DNA of 32,000 nt from Sulfolobus acidocaldarius DSM 639 (GCF_000012285.1 NC_007181.1:450001-482000); one strand, 5' to 3'. Shown: positions 8,981-16,802, counted from the stretch's first letter. The notes: generated by a model from the sequence alone, not told the origin. Program-made: numbers and translations.

Positions 8981-9069
8981 AAGGGGTCGGGCGACACCCT
9001 ATAGAGATTCCCTAATCATGGGGGATTACAGTGAAATAGGGTCTCCAGAGGCCCCTACACTAATTTTTT
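8981..9069 (+). ncRNA. Candidate structured sRNA, H/ACA-box-like pseudouridylation guide hairpin
   Basis: A GC-rich island in AT-rich spacer. Lower stem AGGGGTC (8982-8988) pairs with GGCCCCT (9050-9056) and is followed directly by ACA (9057-9059). Upper stem is ACCCTAT (8996-9002) / ATAGGGT (9036-9042). Tandem G.A/A.G (9004-9005 vs 9033-9034) is K-turn-like. Apical stem is ATTCCC/GGGGAT. A T6 run lies at 9064-9069. There are 14 nt between the upper stem and ACA. Confidence 0.45.
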
Positions 9070-9106
9070 AAGTAATTGTTTGAATACCTTTTTAACCAGA
9101 TTCTAG

Positions 9107-9649
9107 GTGCTCAGCGTGTATAAAGTTTTGCTAATTAGACTTACCAACCTAGATAATCTGATAGTAAATAGTGTAAGAACACATCTAATGAATATGGGAT
9201 TTGAGGTTGAAGTAAATGAGGAAATTTTTCATTTGAATGCTGAGTTATTTAATTGGGAAAGATGGCAGTATAATGCTGATAAATTATTACAGTTAGTTAA
9301 ACTAACCTTTGAAAGATACCCTTACGATGCCGTTATAGGTATAGGAGAAGCAGATGGTTTTTCAGATGGTCTTAATTTTGTCTTTGGTCTTTCTACGAAA
9401 AAATATGGTTTAGTTTTTCTATCCAGATTAAAGGAGGAATTTTATGGTAGAGTAATTAACTCAAGTCTGTATATAGAGAGAACTCTAAAGGAAGTTACAC
9501 ATGAATTAGGTCATACCTTAGGATTAGGTCATTGTAATAATAAGGAATGTGTTATGAACTTCAGTGTTTCAGTAGAGGATGTAGATAAAAAAGGCAAATA
9601 CTTTTGCACATCATGTTCCGATAAATTAAATATCAACAACAAATCTTAA
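9107..9649 (+). CDS. amzA: Archaemetzincin (peptidase family M54)
   Basis: HELGHTLGLGHCNNKECVMNF...CTSC matches the archaemetzincin HExxHxxGxxHC...C..C zinc motif. The start may be GTG 9107 (track) or GTG 9116; the TTTTAA at 9091-9096 fits a leaderless start at 9116. Confidence 0.85.
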   Translation: MLSVYKVLLIRLTNLDNLIVNSVRTHLMNMGFEVEVNEEIFHLNAELFNWERWQYNADKLLQLVKLTFERYPYDAVIGIGEADGFSDGLNFVFGLSTKKYGLVFLSRLKEEFYGRVINSSLYIERTLKEVTHELGHTLGLGHCNNKECVMNFSVSVEDVDKKGKYFCTSCSDKLNINNKS

Positions 9650-10045
9650 AATATAAGTTCCATCGTTCTGACTTATCAGCATCTCATGGTATGTCATTGC
9701 TTTCACTACAGTTCTCCTTTCATGTTTTTCAGGATTGAACTTTTCACCATATGCTTTGCCCTTGAGGGTCATATTGTTTAAATCTATACTAACCTTAAAT
9801 TTACCAAATAAAAGTAAATCTGAATCATAATATACGAGTAAACTTTCTATCCACCTATATAATAAGTTCTCTAAATCTGAACCTATCTCCTCTATCTCTA
9901 CCTCCACCTTATATTCTATTTTACTTGTATCAGTCATAACTTCAAAAACGGCTAGTGCTGCGCTTTCAAATGCCTCCTCTAAACTTCTACCATATGCTAT
10001 TATTCCTATATCTGCAGTGTGATCAAAGAACTCGAATCGAGTCAT
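9626..10045 (-). CDS. Archease (RtcB tRNA-ligase activator/chaperone family)
   Basis: 139 aa with the N-terminal FEFFDHTADIGI motif and C-terminal KAMTYHEM, both typical of archease. Confidence 0.85.
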   Translation of the reverse strand: MTRFEFFDHTADIGIIAYGRSLEEAFESAALAVFEVMTDTSKIEYKVEVEIEEIGSDLENLLYRWIESLLVYYDSDLLLFGKFKVSIDLNNMTLKGKAYGEKFNPEKHERRTVVKAMTYHEMLISQNDGTYILRFVVDI

Positions 10046-10109
10046 AAATTATATAAACTTTATATGCATTTAACATTATCGAGGAAATATGGGTGGAAGA
10101 CAAAGAACA

Positions 10110-10141
<32 letters not shown>

Positions 10142-10145
10142 AGCT

Positions 10146-10154
10146 AAGAAAAAA
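10146..10154 (-). terminator. Oligo-T run (TTTTTTCTT on the minus strand) 5 nt after the last stop of the membrane-protein operon
   Basis: Plus strand AAGAAAAAA at 10146-10154. Archaeal transcription typically terminates at oligo-T tracts. The call rests on position only. Confidence 0.4.
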
Positions 10155-10158
10155 GCTT

Positions 10159-10317
10159 CTACTGGTGAACAAACCGCTCAAAGATAATTTTTACGACTAT
10201 ATAAATTATAACAGCTACAGTTATACCACTTACTAAAATTTGAACGTTTTTAGTGTAAATATACACTAGTATTGAATTTAAAAGTAATAACATACTGACT
10301 AAAAGATAAGACTTCAT
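10159..10317 (-). CDS. Small two-TM membrane protein (52 aa), third gene of the Ced-like operon (CedA1 or CedA2; name assignment uncertain)
   Basis: Not in the ORF track (<60 aa). Manual translation gives MKSYLLVSMLLLLNSILVYIYTKNVQILVSGITVAVIIYIVVKIIFERFVHQ*. A GGTGA Shine-Dalgarno motif lies 5 nt upstream of the ATG, in the 15-nt gap after the 260-aa gene. Confidence 0.6.
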   Translation of the reverse strand: MKSYLLVSMLLLLNSILVYIYTKNVQILVSGITVAVIIYIVVKIIFERFVHQ

Positions 10318-10332
10318 TGTTCTCACCGTTTC

Positions 10333-11115
10333 CTAAAATACGTCAATTATTAATGGTAATCTACTACCGTAGCCTGATACTAGACTAGCAACGCCCATAC
10401 TAAAGCCTACTAGTATAAAAATATAAATAACGGGACCTATTACGAGAGATGTAATGATAGATGGTACTACATGCACATAATAATCAATAATTGCACTGGC
10501 ATTCTGTGGAGGAGTGTTCAGTTCTTGTGTAGGAAGCATTTGGAAAGCTGCTAGAAATTGAGGCAAATATGGTAAACCTACATAAAAGACTATACCACTT
10601 CCTATAAAGGCACCACCTACACTTCTTCCTATTCTAAATGGTATGGACAAAAATAATACTCCTGTCGCAATAAACACAGCCACGTATTGATATACTATTT
10701 TAGAGACAGCTATAAGCGTTGAAGTAAATGTTAGTGCAGAAGTGATTACAGTTAGAAGAGCACCAAATGGTACTACTTGAATTAAAGCTGAAACTTCAGG
10801 TACTGCATTACTGGCAGTTAATATTGTTTTAACCATTAGATAGAGAGATTGTTCTATGTATAGAATATTGTTTAACCAACTAAAATAGCCGTCCCAGGTA
10901 ACACCGAGAAGAGAGAGTAATTCCCCAAGGAACAATAGAACACCTAAATATATAGAATTCCATACAACTACGTAAATTGAGTCAGTAATCAGTCTCGGTG
11001 CCCATTTTTTTACACCGTATACAGGTACTGGTAATGCGTAAATTGCAGCACCAATAAAATAAGTCAATGACGCTAATAACTGTGAATAAAATAAAAGTTG
11101 AAAAGGATTTAGCAT
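10333..11115 (-). CDS. cedA: Polytopic membrane protein (6-7 TM), VirB6/TrbL-like; probable CedA of the crenarchaeal DNA-import (Ced) system
   Basis: 260 aa, hydrophobic almost throughout, with no soluble domain. Its start codon abuts the stop of the upstream 78-aa gene (TGAATG). The position next to cmk in an S. acidocaldarius-type context matches my recollection of cedA. No search was run. Confidence 0.65.
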   Translation of the reverse strand: MLNPFQLLFYSQLLASLTYFIGAAIYALPVPVYGVKKWAPRLITDSIYVVVWNSIYLGVLLFLGELLSLLGVTWDGYFSWLNNILYIEQSLYLMVKTILTASNAVPEVSALIQVVPFGALLTVITSALTFTSTLIAVSKIVYQYVAVFIATGVLFLSIPFRIGRSVGGAFIGSGIVFYVGLPYLPQFLAAFQMLPTQELNTPPQNASAIIDYYVHVVPSIITSLVIGPVIYIFILVGFSMGVASLVSGYGSRLPLIIDVF

Positions 11116-11352
11116 TCATGACACCTGAGAAGCTATATAAGATATTAGATAGAATATCGTACTTCCTATTGCGAGAAAGAACGCAGCTATTATAGCGTCT
11201 TCTAATAAGTCTTGTCCTCCTCTTTTTATCCTGAAAATAGGTATAGGCGATCCTCTAAGAGCCCAACCTATAGCCCATGCCAATATAAATAAACTCCAAC
11301 CTATCTCTGTAACTGTACTTGTTAAATTTTCAATAAAGGTTACAAGGGTCAT
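11116..11352 (-). CDS. Small two-helix membrane protein (78 aa), VirB2/TrbC pilin-like architecture; first gene of the Ced-like operon (CedA1 or CedA2)
   Basis: MTLVTFIENLTSTVTEIG-[WSLFILAWAIGWAL]-RGSPIPIFRIKRGGQD-[LLEDAIIAAFFLAIGSTIFYLISYIA]SQVS: two hydrophobic helices joined by a basic loop. Confidence 0.6.
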   Translation of the reverse strand: MTLVTFIENLTSTVTEIGWSLFILAWAIGWALRGSPIPIFRIKRGGQDLLEDAIIAAFFLAIGSTIFYLISYIASQVS

Positions 11353-11361
11353 TTATCATTC

Positions 11362-11380
11362 AGGATAAATATTTAATAAA
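11362..11380 (-). promoter_or_regulatory. TATA-like element (TTTATTAAATATTTAT, minus strand) for the membrane-protein operon
   Basis: It occupies -28 to about -13 relative to the ATG at 11352, starting immediately after the cmk stop codon. This suggests an independent, near-leaderless promoter. Confidence 0.35.
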
Positions 11381-11929
11381 TCAATGGGACAGAGCCGAGT
11401 GTAAGTTTTTACGTGAGATAACTCCTAATATGATATCTGCAACATCCTCCGGTAATAAGTAGCTTGTATTTATTACTAGGTCGAAAACCGACAAGTCTAA
11501 TATGTCTATACCATAATATCTCAAAAACCTTTCCCTATGACTCCTCTCACGTTTTATAATTTGAATTATTGCCTCGTCTTCAGAAATATGATCTCTGCTA
11601 GCTATTCTCTTGGCTCTAACATCAAGAGGAGCCCTTAAATATATAGAGAGATCAGATAGATTATGAAACAACCAACCTCCTATATGGGACTCGATTATTA
11701 CATTGTCTTGACTTTTAATTAATTTGAACATCTCTAAATCTATTTTTTTATCTATTTCGAAATCGTCTTCAGCTAACTTATTTAATTTTACAATATCTAT
11801 GTTCATCCGCTTAGCTAGATCTCTAAAAATTAAACCCGCTGATACGTATTTAATTGAAAGCTTTGATGATAATATTTTTGCTACAGAAGATTTACCGCTA
11901 CCAGGCGGACCACTTATTATAATTTTCAT
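11381..11929 (-). CDS. cmk: Cytidylate kinase (archaeal type)
   Basis: 182 aa with P-loop [12 protein letters not shown]. Length and position after rpl34e are as in the conserved archaeal cluster. Confidence 0.85.
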
Positions 11930-12189
11930 GAAATCCCTCTTATAGTCATTTTAATTAGAGATTCTAGGCATTTATGACATAAGTATCCGCCATAAACCCT
12001 TTCTGGTCTTTTCTCCGTCTTGCTATATTTATACGTATAATTATTTTTCACGCCATTTAATGGTTTCTTACACATACCACAGCGTGCAATATTGTCTTTT
12101 CTTCTTTCATAATGTATCGTTGATTTCCCAGAGGGTAGCTTAACAAAGACTTTCCTAAATGACCCTGATCTTTGTTGTGGTGAAGGCAT
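11926..12189 (-). CDS. rpl34e: 50S ribosomal protein L34e (eL34)
   Basis: 87 aa; a basic N-terminus and the C..C...C..C zinc-ribbon pattern (CGMCKKPL...CHKC) are typical of eL34. Confidence 0.9.
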
Positions 12190-12211
12190 AATAAAATGTT
12201 CAGATTATAGC

Positions 12212-12646
12212 TTAAATAAGCTTTGGTCTTCTCAACGATAGAGGAGTAAATACCAAAAATGATACTATGTAAACAATTAATGTACTTATAGCTGGTTTAC
12301 CGCCTACAGCAGCTGTTAATGGTGACTCATAGGGAAAATATACATATGGTGGCACTATCAAGTATAAAATGAGGAATAACCCCACTATGTAAGTGGCCAT
12401 CATAAGCATAGATTGCAAAAACATGTAGCCACGAAGCTTAGATTCATATACGTTTAATTCTTTTGAAACACTCTTCATAGCTTTACTTCTCCTTTTAGGA
12501 GAAGAAATAGAAGAAATTCTTTGTTCATACTTCTTAATATATTCAATAGTACTCTTCATCCTCGATTGAAGATAGAACCTGTATGCCAAATAGACTATCA
12601 TATTTAAAACGAAAGATATACCAATTATGTAAAAAATTGTTATCAT
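12212..12646 (-). CDS. DUF106 / EMC3-TMCO1-like membrane protein (archaeal Oxa1-superfamily insertase candidate)
   Basis: 144 aa with the order TM1, then a ~55-aa K/R-rich predicted coiled-coil hairpin, then TM2 and TM3. It occupies the conserved slot between adk and rpl34e. Confidence 0.55.
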   Translation of the reverse strand: MITIFYIIGISFVLNMIVYLAYRFYLQSRMKSTIEYIKKYEQRISSISSPKRRSKAMKSVSKELNVYESKLRGYMFLQSMLMMATYIVGLFLILYLIVPPYVYFPYESPLTAAVGGKPAISTLIVYIVSFLVFTPLSLRRPKLI

Positions 12647-12660
12647 AGAAGTTCACACAA

Positions 12661-13248
<588 letters not shown>

Positions 13249-14640
13249 TTACTCACCCACAATTCTCTTTAACAATGGATACATCTCTAATGTTCTCTCA
13301 TACGCTAATAAGTTATAGTACTGCATAGCTATGGTAATAGCTAATAATAGACCTACACCTGTACCATAAGTACCCAAGAAAGTTGCTACTACAGCAATTA
13401 AACCTACAATTAAAGAACTAAAGAAGCCCAATGCATATATATACTTGCTTAATATCCCCTCTATTATCCTTGGATTAGTTCTCATTCCAGGTATTTCTAT
13501 ACCGGATCTAATCATTTGCTCAGCCTGTGTCTTAGGATCTAATCCTGCAACATCTATCCATAACATACCGAAAACTATTGAGAGAACAATAAATACTGCA
13601 GCATATATTGCTGCTCCTACTGGATCTACTACTAAAGCATATACACTATGAGGAACTCCCTGCGGCGGGAAGAAAAATGCGTTAGCAATATCTGTAAGTA
13701 TTCCTGAGGCTGAATTTGAAATGGAATTTGCTAAAGATGCAAAAAGTTGAATATCAGCACCTAACACGCTTACAAATATAACAGGTATGCTACTTACATA
13801 TAGAAAGTTCAGTGGAACTGTTGTTCTTATTCCCCTTAATCTTTGAGTTGTAACGGGAATGTAAATGTTAGTATTAACCAAATATACTATCAGGATAGTT
13901 AAACCAACAGTAGCTATCAAACCAATTAAATCTGGTTGATATGGAGTCGTAGAGCTTGTATTTAGGACTATTTCTTGTAAGTTCCTTCCCGATGTGATAT
14001 AACTTACTAATAGAGGGAAGAAACCTACAGGTAAGTTCTGACTCTGTACGGAGACTATTCCAAACATGTTCCAAAATATCACTTTCATAATTCCTGCCAT
14101 TATGAACAAACTTACACCAGATCCTAGTCCCCAACCTTTTTGTATCATCTCGTCAAGCAAGAGTATAATGTAGCTTGCAATTATTAGCTGGACAACCACT
14201 ATTATAGGTAGTAATATATTACTTGTAGCCCTAGTAAAAACATATCCGAATAAAGAAGACTCCACTATAATAAAAATTAGCGCCAATGCTTTTTCTGCCT
14301 GTGTAAATTTAGATTTCCCTTCTTGAGTTGTTAAATCTACATTTATTAGTTTAGAACCAACAAGTATCTGCATTATTAAACCTGAAGTAATTACAGGACC
14401 TATTCCAAGTTGCGCAAGTGTACCCTGTGATGAGGCAAAAATTATCTGTTGTGCTAAAAAGTTACTTAGAAAAGAATTAGAAGAGGTAACACCATATAAA
14501 GGAATTGACGCCATCAATAAGTATACTATCAATCCTATAAATGTCCATAAAAGTTTTCTAGTTAATGTAGGCTTATCTTTCGGCTTAGAAACCGCTGGAA
14601 GGTTTTCTCCCATCTTGGCTAGAAAGTCCATGAAACCCAT
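13249..14640 (-). CDS. secY: Preprotein translocase subunit SecY
   Basis: 463 aa, about 10 TM segments, conserved position after rpl15, SecY-like N-terminal region. Confidence 0.95.
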   Translation of the reverse strand: MGFMDFLAKMGENLPAVSKPKDKPTLTRKLLWTFIGLIVYLLMASIPLYGVTSSNSFLSNFLAQQIIFASSQGTLAQLGIGPVITSGLIMQILVGSKLINVDLTTQEGKSKFTQAEKALALIFIIVESSLFGYVFTRATSNILLPIIVVVQLIIASYIILLLDEMIQKGWGLGSGVSLFIMAGIMKVIFWNMFGIVSVQSQNLPVGFFPLLVSYITSGRNLQEIVLNTSSTTPYQPDLIGLIATVGLTILIVYLVNTNIYIPVTTQRLRGIRTTVPLNFLYVSSIPVIFVSVLGADIQLFASLANSISNSASGILTDIANAFFFPPQGVPHSVYALVVDPVGAAIYAAVFIVLSIVFGMLWIDVAGLDPKTQAEQMIRSGIEIPGMRTNPRIIEGILSKYIYALGFFSSLIVGLIAVVATFLGTYGTGVGLLLAITIAMQYYNLLAYERTLEMYPLLKRIVGE

Positions 14641-14656
14641 TATAATCTAAAAAAGC

Positions 14657-15091
14657 CTATTCACTTGAGGTTAATATAATTTCTCCTCCGATTTCTTTCA
14701 CTCTTTCTTTAGCTTTTTCAGTAGCTTTAGCGACTTTTATTACTAGCGGTAACCTTAAATTGCCTCCTCCTAACAATTTATCGTAACCATATTTGGCTAA
14801 ATCAACTACCTTCTTACCATTTTCTTCTTCTATTTTAATTTTATCATTATCGATATACTCCTGTAACTTTCGAAGACCAATAGCATTAACCAACTTCGAG
14901 GTCGGATTCCTAAATCCATGCTTGCCATACCAGCCCTCTCCAAATTTTACCGTCCATGACCACTTCTCCTTATGCATTCCTATTTGCCTACCTCCCTGAG
15001 CGCCTCTATCTCTGTGCTGACCCTTTGTTCCCCAACCATGAGTTCTATAACCCCTATACTTCCTGCTCTTCTTCTCTTTTCTCACTACCAT
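14657..15091 (-). CDS. rpl15: 50S ribosomal protein L15 (uL15)
   Basis: YRGYRTHGWGTKGQHRDRGAQGG motif; cluster position. Confidence 0.95.
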   Translation of the reverse strand: MVVRKEKKSRKYRGYRTHGWGTKGQHRDRGAQGGRQIGMHKEKWSWTVKFGEGWYGKHGFRNPTSKLVNAIGLRKLQEYIDNDKIKIEEENGKKVVDLAKYGYDKLLGGGNLRLPLVIKVAKATEKAKERVKEIGGEIILTSSE

Positions 15092-15092
15092 A

Positions 15093-15578
15093 TCATACCA
15101 TCCTCCTAATTAGCTCATTAATCTTATCTCCTCTATATCCAAACTCTCCTCCAGCTCTAAAAGGTCTGCTTACCTTACCTTTAAATCCTCCCTTAGGTGG
15201 ATGAAGCCTTATAGGTAAACTAAATATTTCATCAAGCTTATTCAATCTAAGCTTACCGTCTTTTATACTCTCTACAAAGCTTTGAAAATCTACATTTAAT
15301 TTGTCCTTTACATATTCTTCATTAACTTTCTTACCTCTAGAGATCTCCAGTTTAGATACCAATAAACGTAATCCTTCATCATTGAGCTCTCCCCATGTAA
15401 CATATGATGAAACTAAATTTAGCATACCTTGTATTGATGAATCTTTAGGATATATCATCGCATTAAATGCATTCTTTAATCTCAGCATACTCAATGTATC
15501 TTGAATATACCAGGGAGTTGCCGCCCAACCTCTTATTCTAATTACTCCTATCAGTTCATTCACTTCATTCTCCCCCAA
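15093..15578 (-). CDS. rpl30: 50S ribosomal protein L30 (uL30)
   Basis: VIRIRGWAATPWYIQDTLSMLRL motif. The track start overlaps the rps5 3' end by 19 nt, so the start is uncertain by a few codons. Confidence 0.9.
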   Translation of the reverse strand: MGENEVNELIGVIRIRGWAATPWYIQDTLSMLRLKNAFNAMIYPKDSSIQGMLNLVSSYVTWGELNDEGLRLLVSKLEISRGKKVNEEYVKDKLNVDFQSFVESIKDGKLRLNKLDEIFSLPIRLHPPKGGFKGKVSRPFRAGGEFGYRGDKINELIRRMV

Positions 15579-16219
15579 TCTACAGGTGTTACGAATCTAT
15601 ATGTATTGTATAATGCAATATATGCTGCCTTTATGAAATTTTCATGCGTATATGTTGACCCTTTAGTCCTAGACCAAACATCCTTTAGACCTGCTAAAGA
15701 TAAGAAAGTTTTGAGAACAGATCCAACCACTAATCCAGTACCCTTTGGAGCAGGAAGTAAGGTTACTTCTACACTTCCAGCTTTTCCCGAAACTATAAAT
15801 GGTAAACTATGAGACTCACCACAAGTGCACTCCCAGCTTCCACATCCTCTTCTTACTGGTATAATTCTCATTTTGGCATCTCTTATGGCCTTTTGAATAG
15901 CCACACGTAACTGCTTCGCCTTTCCTGTTCCATAACTAATATATCCGTCCATATTACCCATCACTATTAGAACCTTATACCTTGATAATTCACCAGCATC
16001 AGTCTGTTTCTGAACAATACCAATATCCACAATATCATATCTCAACTTAGGCAATAACACATCAACTATTTCAGGCTCCACTATGGGTAGATTCCTTTCG
16101 AATAACTCCTTCATAGAATTAATTTTTCCTTCTTTGATAAGCTGCCCTACTTTAGTTCTCGGTTTCCAATCCTCTAATTTGATAACAGGAACTTCCTCTG
16201 ACATCTCACTTACCACCAT
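15560..16219 (-). CDS. rps5: 30S ribosomal protein S5 (uS5)
   Basis: dsRBD plus the S5 C-terminal domain (GTGLVVGSVLKTFLSLAGLKDVW). Confidence 0.95.
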   Translation of the reverse strand: MVVSEMSEEVPVIKLEDWKPRTKVGQLIKEGKINSMKELFERNLPIVEPEIVDVLLPKLRYDIVDIGIVQKQTDAGELSRYKVLIVMGNMDGYISYGTGKAKQLRVAIQKAIRDAKMRIIPVRRGCGSWECTCGESHSLPFIVSGKAGSVEVTLLPAPKGTGLVVGSVLKTFLSLAGLKDVWSRTKGSTYTHENFIKAAYIALYNTYRFVTPVDWGRMK

Positions 16220-16799
16220 TTTCCTTAATCTTATTTAACACTTCCTCAAAGTGTTGAGGAAGCAAGACAGGGTCAAGACCCCTCTGAATGTATGAACTGA
16301 AAAGCTTATTGTATAATTCTTGGTTCTCATTTTTCAATTTTTGAGCATAGGCAGATATATGGCTGCCATTAACTCTGTCTTTCAATTTACCTAAATCGCC
16401 AACGGGAACCTTTAAGCCCGCGTCTATTGCACCTTTAATCACTGCAAATATCCTCCCTCCTTTTACAGGTACAAATAAGCCAATATCTGAAACAGCAGCT
16501 TTCACACCAGATTTAACGGCTCTTAATCCTGCTAGATAACCAGTAAGATATGCTGCAGGTGTATTATTAGTATCCCCTTTCCAACCATATTTCTTTACTA
16601 GTTCTATAGAGTGAGCATAAGCTATCATTATATCTCCTTTTTGATCAAACTTACTCACACTTACTATTACGTACTTATTAGTTAACCTGGGAACAAACCT
16701 TATTGCATTATTAATAACATAAGTATATCTCGTATAATAGTCTGTTTTTCCTTCTCTTCTCCTTCTAAACTTTATCCTATAATTAGGTCCCTGTGTCAT
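16206..16799 (-). CDS. rpl18: 50S ribosomal protein L18 (uL18)
   Basis: FRRRREGKTDYYTR N-terminus typical of archaeal L18/L5e. Confidence 0.95.
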   Translation of the reverse strand: MTQGPNYRIKFRRRREGKTDYYTRYTYVINNAIRFVPRLTNKYVIVSVSKFDQKGDIMIAYAHSIELVKKYGWKGDTNNTPAAYLTGYLAGLRAVKSGVKAAVSDIGLFVPVKGGRIFAVIKGAIDAGLKVPVGDLGKLKDRVNGSHISAYAQKLKNENQELYNKLFSSYIQRGLDPVLLPQHFEEVLNKIKENGGK

Positions 16800-16802
16800 T
16801 TG

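Noticed and set aside
8981-9069. A minus-strand reading of the GC-rich hairpin.
   Set aside because: On the minus strand the lower stem is followed by TAAGAT rather than an ANA box, and there is no downstream oligo-T. The plus strand has ACA directly after the stem plus a T6 run, so the plus orientation is preferred.
11353-11460. I searched upstream of the membrane-protein operon for a short T-rich hexanucleotide (A-N-T-T-T-C) that I recall being associated with UV/TFB3-dependent Sulfolobus promoters.
   Set aside because: I found no exact match on either strand within about 110 nt upstream of the ATG. My recollection of the motif is also uncertain, so I make no claim about UV regulation from sequence.
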